Of a DNA stretch of 64,000 nucleotides, positions 40,340 through 51,935 are shown piece by piece. Source of the stretch: Octopus sinensis (taxonomy: Eukaryota). The position numbers were made by a program, and so were the translations under genes. The notes beneath the pieces are model-generated. The model had not been told where the DNA came from. It saw only the letters and a list, made by a program, of their open reading frames with translations, and searched no databases. The stretch lies in contig NC_043013.1 in assembly GCF_006345805.1 (NCBI RefSeq), positions 21,204,001 through 21,268,000 of the forward strand. Direction: 5' to 3'. Position 1 is the stretch's first letter. Each line of letters begins with the position of its first letter.

Positions 40340-41334
40340 GCACAGACTGAGATACCGACGAAGACAAGCCTGAGTCTGTGTATATATGTGATAGTGTCCC
40401 CCATCGAAAGCATCTCTTTGCAAAACCGTAGGAATTAAGGGTATCTTGGACCTGGAAAACCCATCCCTCTCCAAGCATGACTGCTATCAAGTTGTTGAAT
40501 TAAGAGAGAGAACAGAGAAACCAACTATTGCGTGTATACGCGACCTGCTAAAAATAACACCCACATATACTTCAAGAGGCATTTAAGATCTTGAAAGCAA
40601 TGAAAACCTTTCCTAGATAAACTGTCACAAGTATGTGGAAAGGCCAGTGATCCAATGCTTCTGATAACTGGATTATTGAATCAGGATGATTTGACCTGGA
40701 GTTAAATAACACTAACAACTAATCACTGGGATTATTTGGGATTATGTTCATTCTGAATTGCTCGGGGTCATTAGTTTGGGGGCTTACATATGAATAGATC
40801 CTAAGAATGCCAATAGTTTGAGAGTTACATATAGACAGTAAAGGTGTCCCCTGAGATAAGAGCGTTGAGAATGAGCCAGTTGACATCTATGATGAAAAGC
40901 TTCGTTAAAAGAGTGTGCCTAATCCCTGTTGTAGTGATACGAGTTATCAGGCTGGTTTGCTAATTCTGTTGGAACTTCTAATCTCTATTTTCCTAATTTC
41001 CTCTGCTAAACTTAATATTTTTATCCAGCGAATCAGGGAGTTTTTGCTAATTTATTAAGTAAAACAGTAGGGTCTAAGGCAAATAGCGACGGTGTCAAAC
41101 GGCTATTAATAAATTTTTAAATAACGGGCAAAGTAGAATCGAGAAGAGGAGGAGTCCAACGTTTTAAGAAATATCTTTCGTCAGATTGATTAATGAACTA
41201 ACCTGCAGGAAGAACAATTACAAAACTGATGAGTGATTACATCGAGGAATAATGGGATTATTCGCTGGTAAGGCAAATGTATGATTACGTGGACAAATAT
41301 ACGCATCAGGCGAGAAGAAAAGCGGTATGTAAGT

Positions 41335-41560
41335 GTATGTGTGTGTGTGTATGTGTCTGTTTGTCTCCCTATCTTCCCTTGACAACCGATGTTGGTGTGC
41401 TTACACCCCTGTAAATTAGCGGTTCGGCAAAAGAAACTGATAAAATAAGTACTAGGCTTACAAAGATTAAGTCCTGGAGTCGATTTCTTCCACTAAAAAT
41501 CCTTTAGGGGCGGTGCTCCGGCATGGCCGCAATCAAATGATTGAAACAAGTAAAAGAATG
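41335..41560 (+). mobile_element. Family A SINE 3' half
   Basis: TTAGCGGTTCGGCAAAAG...GGCGGTGCTCCGGCATGGCCGC. Confidence 0.85.
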
Positions 41561-42837
41561 AAAGAATATACACACATCCATCTGGTCGCCTAACATCTTG
41601 TCTCTTTCACACTTGCATACACACAACCAGTCGGACACACATATACACAAACACAAGTACTCTTCGCACTCTCTCTCACGTTCACACTTCAGCATTTCAG
41701 CATTCTCCTATACTTCAGCTATAAATCCCTCGTTTTTCTTACCCCTTTTCACTTTTTTTTGACGTCACTCCCTCTATAATCTGTTAACCTACACACGTGC
41801 GCTCACATTTTTCTACTTCCTTTCCCTCCTTGTGTCCATTCTTCTCTAAAAAAATATTATCTCATTTGTTCTTCTCTCCTATTTCCGCCAGCCATTTTCG
41901 TTCGTATCTGCAACGTCTTAATTTTCACTTTTCATGCGTTATTTCACCTCACATTGTGCTATCTTTCTGGACATTTTCCCTTACTCCTAAACTATCTACC
42001 TGTACCTCGGATATTTCTCACAACGAAATTCAACTTATGGAAACCGTTTTCTTTTTTTTTCATTTTCGAATTTTAACATTAACCCTCTTTTCACAGTTGC
42101 ACTCCTTAAAACTACGATTCCTCCACTACTTGCTTTTATCTATGCAACTGCTCACCTTACATTTACAATGTTCTTTACCAACCTATGTGCTTCTTCAACA
42201 CTTTTATTCGCACACAGTTTCATATACTCACATACATACTTTCACGCTATTCAACTATTGCACACACACACACGCACACACACACGCACACACACACACA
42301 CACGCACACAAACATCACCACACTCCCATAACCAATGCCAACATACTTCCACACATATGCACATGAACATACACATACACCAAACCAACAAGCGCCATTC
42401 CCTTTATGCCCACTCCCAGGTACAGATATACGTACATCTACATATCCTCCTCTTCATCCCTTTCAACTCCGCCTCTCCATTCTGTGCATGTCTGTCTCAG
42501 TCTGATATTTCTAATGTATACGACCCGATTAATGCTGGATCCCAGCTGTAGCGTCACGACTGTGGTGAGTGGGGTCACGAAACGAGATGGATCCGGTCAA
42601 GTGGGCAGCATGCCAAGTGACGGCGGTGATGGCGAGCGGTGGCAACGCCCATGGTCGAACAATGTTTTTCAGCCCGACACCCTAGCGCGACCAGCGACGC
42701 AGCTTCAGTGTATTAGCTCTTTTCATGCAAATTATGGGGGTTCCTGAGTCATTTCAACAAAAGTATTTAAATAAATAAATAGACATAATATAATGTCTAA
42801 CAGCTGGATACCCCATTTTCTTCTTGCCATATATACA

Positions 42838-43190
42838 TCTCTTATATAAAATCCGTTCTGTCTGTCTCTGTGCGTGTGTCTTCTAGGATCTCGGGCATTC
42901 TCCATCCGATTGCACTCAAATTTGATATGTAGATACCGACAGTATCAGGGTGTTAATAAGTCCTGAAAAAAATCACAAAAATCGATTCCAGGTGAGAATG
43001 CGAGCGATAAAGCCGTGGGAACGTGCATTTGTACGCGCAAGTACATCAGCTGTTGCGATGTACTTACTGGTACTTTAAACTCTTCGGTTGCATATTTCTA
43101 TGAATAAAATCGTTTTTCTTTGGAATAGAAAAAAAGTCTGTCTTTATTTCTTCTTTTGCTGGTGTCTCAAATTTAAGGTTAAATCAGTGT
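42838..43190 (+). mobile_element. Helitron-like 5' fragment
   Basis: A|TC-TCTTATATAAAA start followed by a TCTG/TG repeat, the same layout as 59913. Confidence 0.55.
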
Positions 43191-43897
43191 TTCTCAAAGG
43201 GGAGGCTTATGGGACTGTCGGACAAGTTATTTTGAGAAAATTTGGTTTAAATGTTTGACAACTCAGCACCATCCATTGGACAGTGGGCGTTTTGCTCGTA
43301 TATATATAGAGAGAGAGAGAAAGAGAGAGAAAGAGAGTGAGAGAGAGGCAGACAGACACATACACATACACACGAGCACACACACTGAGATAGAGACAGA
43401 CAGGCAGACAGATAAACAGAGACAGACAGACAGTGAAATAGACAAACTGACAGTCAGACAGCCAGACAGACATATAGACAGACAGACAGGCAGGCAGGCA
43501 GAGAAATTTAGCAATTCCATTGTTAAATACAATTTACTTCAGTGTGTCCCGTCGCAGGCTACGGTGAGGATAAAAAATTTTCTACCAATACACAGACACA
43601 CACACACACAAATTCACACACATATATGGAATGTACACTACGTTATAATTTTTATTATGTAATATGTGTGTGTGTGTGTGTGCGTATGTAGGCGTGTATG
43701 TGTGGCCACATTGGAGGGGGTGCGTGTGCATGTATATATTTATATATACCTACGCATACATTTATACGTCAGATATGTATATGTCAGGTATGTAAGAATG
43801 TATGTATGTATGTATATATGTATGAGAGAGTGATTGTGTGTGTATCTGTTGTGTGTATGTGTTTATCTGTGTGTATATGTGCGTACGTGTGTGTGCA

Positions 43898-43930
<33 letters not shown>

Positions 43931-44479
43931 GTGTGTGTGTATACAAACATAAGTTGCGCTTACGAATAAATGAAATCATTAAGTCAAGAGAATTTCATTA
44001 AAATTCCATCTTGTTCAAATAAATTGATTGCAACCAGTTGAAATTTCTTAATGGCAATTGTCTTAACGTTGTTGGCATCTTTGGACAGAAATTATTAATG
44101 GAATCGATAAAAAACATTGTGATCATCCATGAAAAGAAATAAAACTATTTAACTTCGAAATGCTAATCTGCGTTCGATAAGATACATTGTGTTTGATTAA
44201 GAGGAAATTCAGTGAAGGTCCAGATTCGATTTCTAGTAATAGCATTGGAATCTGTTATTCATAGTTTTAATGATATAACTTAACCGGCTACATTTTGGTA
44301 AATTGATTAATTGGTTTATTGATGAATTTTATTGGGAATGACAGATAATTGAGATAATAATGTAGAGTGATTTTCTATTTATCAAAGTGGAGTAAACATT
44401 TGTTGTTATTTTATGAAAAGATCTGACCCCCCCAAAAATGGGTCAAATACATGAAATTATCAATAGAATGATACATTAA

Positions 44480-44695
44480 GGCTGCGAGCTGGCAGAGTTG
44501 TTAGCACGCTGGGCAAAATGCTAAGCGGTCTTTCGTTTGTCTTTACGTTTTGAGTTCAAATACCGCTGAAGTCGACTTTGCCTTTCATCCTTTCGACATC
44601 GATAAATTAAGTACCAGTTGAGTATACTGGGGTCAATGTAATGGACGTAACCCTTCCCCAGAAATTGCAGGCCTTGTACCAAAATCTGAAACAAA
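44480..44695 (+). mobile_element. Family B SINE
   Basis: GGCTGCGAGCTGGCAGAGTTGTTAGCAC...GTCGACTTTGCCTTTCATCC. Confidence 0.88.
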
Positions 44696-44755
44696 TATAC
44701 TGAAACGTTAAAAGATGCATATATATATATGTATATATATATGTATGTATATGGG

Positions 44756-44820
<65 letters not shown>

Positions 44821-44821
<1 letters not shown>

Positions 44822-45762
44822 CATTATATAATTAGGGCTTAGTAAAATAAATTACTTTGCCACATACTGAGCTTAGTAGAAATAGCAACCAAAAAAAAAT
44901 TTTCTTAGCATTTCTACTACTTAAAGAAAATTTCTCTCAGATAATGTTTACTCCAGACAGCTCACGAAGGTTTGGGGGTAAATACAGAAAAATATCACAA
45001 GTACATAGATCGTTTGAGTACGTCAACGTTTCAAGATTAGCCAAATAAAATCAGCATTTCTTTCGTCAGCTCAAAATTTCTTAATTTGGATTTGGAAACA
45101 CTAAAAAGAAGGAACTTTACCTATCAGCAAACTTGTCGCTTCAGATGAACCACTCCAACTAACAGTGTCAACAGATTCAAAATGCGCAGGCGTAAAATTC
45201 TGCACTCCCCATTCCACCCACGTGGTCTATCTAGCAAACATTTTATTTTAACCGCGAGAACCGAGGCAGTATGACCGAGAGAAATGAATTATAATATCAA
45301 CAATTGAGGGTAAAATTAATTAATTAATCAATTTCACCAAGTGTTCAGTATGTAAAAGGACCATTTATGGCGAATTCAAAATATTACATTATATAATTAG
45401 GGCTTAGTAAAATAAATTACTTTGCCACATACTGAACTTAGTAGAAATAGCAGCCAAAAAAAAGTTTTCTTAGCATTTCTACTACTTAAAGAAAATTTCT
45501 CTCAGATAATGTTTACTCCAGACAGCTCACGAAGGTTTGGGGGTAAATACAGAAAAATATCACAAGTACATAGATCGTTTGAGTACGTCAACTTTTTTTT
45601 GGCTGCTATTTCTACTAAGTTCAGTATGTGGCAAAGTAATTTATTTTACTAAGCCCTAATTATATAATGTAATATTTTGAATTCGCCATAAATGGTCCTT
45701 TTACATACTGAACACTTGGTGAAATTGATTAATTAATTAATTTTACCCTCAATTGTTGATAT
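44821..45762 (-). mobile_element. Non-coding hammerhead-bearing retroelement (retrozyme / non-autonomous Penelope-like) in (TA)n
   Basis: Direct repeat 44821-45027 = 45386-45592 (period 565); inverted copy 45590-45762 of 45294-45466; (TA)n on both flanks. Confidence 0.8.
45013..45075 (-). ncRNA. Type I hammerhead ribozyme
   Basis: Minus strand: UUUGAG-CUGACGA-AAGA(aauGCUGAuuuuauUUGGCuaa)UCUU-GAAA-CGUUGACG-UA^-CUCAAA; complete core, 6-bp stem I, stem II and stem III; predicted cleavage between 45019 and 45018. Confidence 0.85.
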
Positions 45763-45768
45763 ATATAT

Positions 45769-45819
<51 letters not shown>

Positions 45820-45822
45820 GGG

Positions 45823-45858
<36 letters not shown>

Positions 45859-45909
45859 TAGATATAGATAAGAAAGTTGGTTTGTGAAAGCACGTGGGTG
45901 AATATATAG

Positions 45910-46967
45910 AAAATAGTAAAGAGTGAAAAAACTACAGAAGGCTTAAATGTTAAAAAATATATATATTTGCGTCAATATGTCTGAAGAATATTAGAAAATT
46001 TTTTTAAAAACTTTTTTCTCTTATAATGACATAATTTAAAAGAAAGACCGGTTTCGCGTGTAGCTTTTCAAATTTCTTGCGACGTTATGTTTATGTTGAA
46101 TAGAGTTTTCGTTATGTTTATGTTCAGAAGAGTTCTAAATAAGGGAAGGTAGTGAGTGATTTCTTCCGGTGTAAAGGAGATAATCGCTTAAATTTTTTTT
46201 CCTTTCCCTTGGTGTGAATTTCTCTGTATCAGTATGTTCGGTTGAGTATGTATGGTTGAGTCTGGGCTTGTACTTTTCAATGAAGAATGTTTCCTTGTTT
46301 AGTCTAATTTGTGTTGATGATCCGAAAGCACATTGGTAAAATGGAAAGATTAAAAATTGTGGTAGTAGTTGCTTTGCGCATTTCTCAATGTGCTCACTAA
46401 AAGGTATCATTCTATATTCTGGGAATGCAATCTGTTGTCGATGCAGTATTGCATTCCCAGAATATAGAATGATACCTTTTAGTGAGCACATTGAGAAATG
46501 CGCAAAGCAACTACTACCACAATTTTTAATCTTTCCATTTTACCAATGTGCTTTCGGATCATCAACACACATTAGACTAAACAAGGAAACATTCTTCATT
46601 GAAAAGTACAAGCCCAGACTCAACCATACATACTCAACCGAACATACTGATACAGAGAAATTCACACCAAGGGAAAGGAAAAAATTTTTAAGCGATTATC
46701 TCCCTTACACCGGAAGAAATCACTCACTACCTTCCCTTATTTAGAACTCTTCTGAACATAAACATAACGAAAACTCTATTCAACATAAACAACGTCGCAA
46801 GAAATTTGAAAAGCTACACGCGGAACCGGTCTTTCTTTTAAATTATGTCATTATAAGAGAAAAAAATTTTTTTTTTAAATTTTCTAATATTCTTCAGACA
46901 TATTGACGCAAATATATATATATTTTAACATTTAAGCCTTCTGTAGGTTTTTCACTCTTTACTATTT

Positions 46968-46968
<1 letters not shown>
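45910..46968. mobile_element. Penelope-like element 3' end (GIY-YIG endonuclease C-terminus plus pLTR) as a head-to-head inverted duplication
   Basis: Arms 45910-46431 and 46448-46968; LHRQQIAFPEYRMIPFSEHIEKCA...FPFYQC...RLNKETFFIEKYKPRLN matches the PLE endonuclease C-terminus (R..E..FI....P.LN). Confidence 0.85.
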
Positions 46969-47003
<35 letters not shown>

Positions 47004-47562
47004 ATATGGGGGTGTATATAGTGTGTGTGTGTGTTTATGTGAGTGTGTTGGCCGAGTGTAGAAGATAATTTGCATGAAAGGATCAAAATCTCACTCGAGG
47101 AAAGAAGTAAAAATACAGGTATCATACTTATCAAATAACGGAAGCTAATACAATATCTTGGTACCTGCCCGGAAAATTGCTACCTTTAGTACCGACTGTT
47201 ATCATAACTATTAATATAAACCAATGCCTTCGTCAAAACTGCTCTTCTTCAAAATTAATATATTTCATCAACTTTTCTATCGTTTATATCTAGTAATTAC
47301 CGATATTCCCTTGCATTTCCTACTTACTTTATATTATACAACACACTATGCTAATATATTCAATGCAACACTTCGATATAATACTCCATATCACACTACC
47401 TCACAGTTCTATGCCACAACACAACGTATCATCACAAAAAACCACTGCATTACACTAAAATTTAAAAAAAGCATATTATAATATGACCTAAAGTATTGCT
47501 GTGTGGCTAAGACTCACACGCAAACACACAATTCTCTGGTTCGTTACCAATGCTTGAGGCAT

Positions 47563-47695
47563 ACTCTTTTACTCTTTTACTCTTTTACTTGTTTCAGTCA
47601 TTTGACTGCGGCCATGCTGGAGCACCCCGGGACTTATTCTTTGTAAGCTCAGTACTTATTCTATCGGTCTCTTTTGCCGAACCGCTAAGTGACGA
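47563..47695 (-). mobile_element. Family A SINE 3' fragment
   Basis: (ACTCTTTT)n then GTTTCAGTCATTTGACTGCGGCCATGCTGG. Confidence 0.85.
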
Positions 47696-48156
47696 AAATA
47701 TATATAATGACCAAAACGAAACGAAAACCCGTCGGTTTAAAAAAGAAGTTCTTGGAGAAATTTGTTGTACAACAAAATACGAATACTTCCTTGTCCCTCT
47801 CCTGGCCAGAAACGCAGTGGTTGGGCAGACGAGTTTACAATGAAATATATCCCCTGACCGCCTCCCCCTCTTGCTAATTTCCATTGCTGTCTATTGTAAT
47901 GAATTGCCGACAACAAAATTTACATCAATCTCTGATTAAACATTTGCATTCCTGGTCTTTTTAAAAGATGCGTGATTTAATTCATTTTGTTAACACCTGT
48001 AAAATCTTAATGGCATCATATCTTGCCAAATGATGCTGTCATTTTTATGGATTCAGTCATTAAAAAATGTCAGCCAACGCATGCGCACTCACATCCGATC
48101 GTGTATGTTGAATTATTTATACATAATTACATTTATACATTTAGATGCACACATAA

Positions 48157-48175
48157 ATAGATAGATAGATAGATG

Positions 48176-48274
<99 letters not shown>

Positions 48275-48299
48275 GGATAGATGGATAGATGGATAGATG

Positions 48300-48358
<59 letters not shown>

Positions 48359-48378
48359 GGAAAGATAGATAGATAGAT
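48157..48378. repeat. (GATA/GATG)n microsatellite
   Basis: Directly visible. Confidence 0.95.
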
Positions 48379-49439
48379 ACGTATATATATATGAGATGTG
48401 GATGGTGTAGAAGAGAGGGGAAGAACATTATGTAAAAGAGGGGGAAGGAGCAAGTGAGAAAACTATGATTAAGAATGGAAGAAAGACAAAAGATGGTGGA
48501 TGGTGGGAGAGTGAGGGCGCAAAATGAAGACCTGAAAATTATATAAATCTGTCATAAAAAACCGTTATCAGCTGACAATGGGAAAACTCCCCATGGAACA
48601 CATTTATTCATTTATTTAATGCCTTTCTTAATTCGAATTTATTTTTAATTTCAGTTTGTCATCCAAGTGTTTATGGTTTTAGAAATTTTGTCAGAGAAAG
48701 CATTTTCAAATTTCGAAATAGAAATTTTCATAAATGGACTGAAATGAATGAATATGAAAAATGAAAATAAATATTTTGATGAGTTCTTCTTTAAATGTAA
48801 TATGAAATCAGTTCAAGCGAACACTATGTAAACGTTTACATAAAATTGATTCCCATTAAAAATCTTCGACAATTAACCCAAAATATAGTAATTGATATGC
48901 AAAGGCCAAATGTGAGTACCTTCAGTGAAGTGTGGATAAAATTGTTTGAAACGATTACTACTGCAACCCCAGTATATTACTGATACTGATTTTGCTAAGT
49001 TTGTAGTTGAATGGAAAATCTATCAAGCACTTGTATTCTGTTTGAGGAATACCTGGAAGCATGTTGATTAGATCTTGACTGGTTTTTGGTAAGAGACGGA
49101 TACCATAATACGGTTTAACATCAGCCTCTCGTTCTTAAGTATCTTTCGCAGTTTCCACTGTCACTACTACTTCTGCAAATACCACTAGGATCAGATCTCC
49201 TTCCTTTCCCGCCAATGACAGGAAAAGAATTAATTTCTGTACATGCTATAAATCAGCTAATGAAAATGAGAGAATGGTAACCATCCGCTTATTTAGAAGC
49301 TTTGAAACAACAAAATAGAGAGTGATTCTCCCTATCTGAGAAACTATTAGTAATATAGTACTGAGCAAAAGAGTCAACATATATAAGTATCAACCGAACA
49401 AAACGTGTTAACAGCTCTTTTCTTAGAACACTTATATAA

Positions 49440-49745
49440 CTAGCACTCTGTCGATTCGGTGACGAAGGTTCCAGTTGGTCAGATCAACGGAAGAGCCTGT
49501 TCGTGAAATTAGCGTGTAAGTGGCTGAGCAGTCCAAAGACATTCATATCCTTAACGTAGTTTTCAAGGAGATTCAGTCTGACACAGAATGTGACCAAAGC
49601 TTGTGATTTGAAATACGGATACATTTTATTCTTATCAGCAGGGTGGACTGGGGTAGTTTCAAATAAAGTGCCTTGCTCAAGAACGAAGCGTACTGCCGGG
49701 AATCGAATTCACGGCCTTACGATCGTCAGCCGAATACCCTAACCG
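49440..49745 (-). mobile_element. Family C-related SINE, diverged
   Basis: Reverse complement similar to 8590-8755; tRNA-like head GGTTAGGGTATTCGGCTG...GAATTCGATTCCCGG. Confidence 0.7.
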
Positions 49746-49780
49746 CTATACATACATACATACATACATACATACATACA

Positions 49781-49954
<174 letters not shown>

Positions 49955-50081
49955 ATCACCCCATTTTGTATTATATGGATAATACCATACCAAATTCTGG
50001 TGCCTTTAACTTAAGTACCATATTCAACTGAATCTAAATTTTTACTGAACTTATATATAATATATATATATGTGTGTATGT

Positions 50082-50136
<55 letters not shown>

Positions 50137-51132
50137 TATATATAAACTCGCACGTACATAAATACACGTGCAAGTACACGAATACACTCATATAAATTTA
50201 TGAACAGTGACAGAAAAGGAGGGAGAAAGCGTGAGGGAGGCATAACCACAAATCAAGAACACATTATACGCAAGGATTTGTGATGTCATACGCATGAAGG
50301 CAGAAAATGGTTTACGCTTATACATGTAGAAGGCAAAGAGATAAAGGGGGAAAAAAGTAAATGATTTTTGCAGAAGAAAAAAATATCATTATGATGCACA
50401 CGGCAATATGACATCAGTTTAATACATCACCTGATAGAATGTTGGCTCGTGTGATAGCTACATAGAACTAGCTACATGCGAATGGTTTGTGCTGAAGATA
50501 CGAAGAAATGCATTGATCGATGCCAGTTTGAGGGGTTTTCATAAAAATGGATTAGCAGAAGCGCAACTGGAAATATATTTTAGTGATAACAATATAGATA
50601 TATTAAAGAGTGTTGGATGCTGTTGAGAAAGCTGTTCAGAGGAGATAAACGTATACAATTCAGTCGGTCTGAGTATGATTGTGTGTGTGTGATTGTGTAT
50701 GTGTATGTGTGTGTGTGTGATTTATAGGTGTGTTTTCGCATATCTTTTTTTTTATGTATATGAATGTATATATCTATGCATGTACTACTACTACGACTAC
50801 TGTTATTATTCTTTTAAAACTTCACACACACCGAGATACTAATCGATATATTTAAATATGCATATACGAAAACATCTATTCATATATATATAACAAAGTA
50901 CAGTATTGTGTGTATACACACAAGCTATATATGCACGCACACACATAGACACAAACGCACACACACACACATATATATATATATACATAGTTTGAGTAAA
51001 TATATATTATATATGAGAACATACACATTACTCACACACACACATATATATGTATAGATATATATATATAGATATGTGTGCGTGTGTGCGTGTGTGCGTG
51101 CATATATAGCTTGTGTGTATGTGTATATATAT

Positions 51133-51164
<32 letters not shown>

Positions 51165-51737
51165 CATATAATTTTGTTTACTGTATTTCAGTGTAATTGT
51201 GTAACCCAGTTATGCATTACTCAATCCATATTTTCATATTTTCATACATCGATACAAACTCAAGCACCAACGCACACACACACACTTACGCATGCATTCA
51301 TGTATGTGTGCGTTTTTGATACATTTACGGATGGTTAATACAAAGGCCAGCATTCAACATGTTTACGACGGTTTTTCTGTCTACTTCGTGCCTCCTCTAC
51401 TATCTCTAAATACAGAGTTTTGCCATTAAACAAAAAAAAATATCATACAAAGTGCAACACATTTATATATATGAATATTCAAGATTAGTTAGTAAACCAG
51501 ATCCTCACGAATTCTATGTAATTCTCAGTTACCACATGATATATAAACACAAAATACGGTCTCATATTTATATACGATATTGAAATGCCAGAATGTCTGC
51601 GATCAATTGTTAATAATATAAATTTATGAGACATTATGAGTGTAGTCACATTTTGGATATATATACTTCTACTCTTTCTTTAGTTTCAGTCAGTCATGCT
51701 GGAGCACCGCGGTATATGTTTTCTAATATTGTATTCC

Positions 51738-51935
51738 AGGCGGAGAGCTGGCAGAATCGTTAGCACGCAGGACAAAATGCTTAGCGGCATTTTGTCCTTC
51801 CTTACGTTCTGAGTTCAAATTCCGCTGAGGTCGACTTTACGTTTCAGCCTTTCGAGTACCAATTGAATACTAAGGTTGATGTAATTGAGTTACCCTCTTC
51901 CCGGAATTGCTGGCATTGTGCTAAAATTTGAAATC
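51738..51935 (+). mobile_element. Family B SINE
   Basis: GGCGGAGAGCTGGCAGAATCGTTAGCAC...GAGTTCAAATTCCGCTGAGGTCGAC. Confidence 0.85.

Noticed and set aside
41797-42366. 189-aa ORF
   Set aside because: Pyrimidine-rich low-complexity DNA ending in a (CA)n tract; no recognisable domain
44857-45652. Duplicated short ORFs MPHTELSRNS...
   Set aside because: They start at TTG and simply reflect the 565-nt direct repeat, antisense to the ribozyme strand
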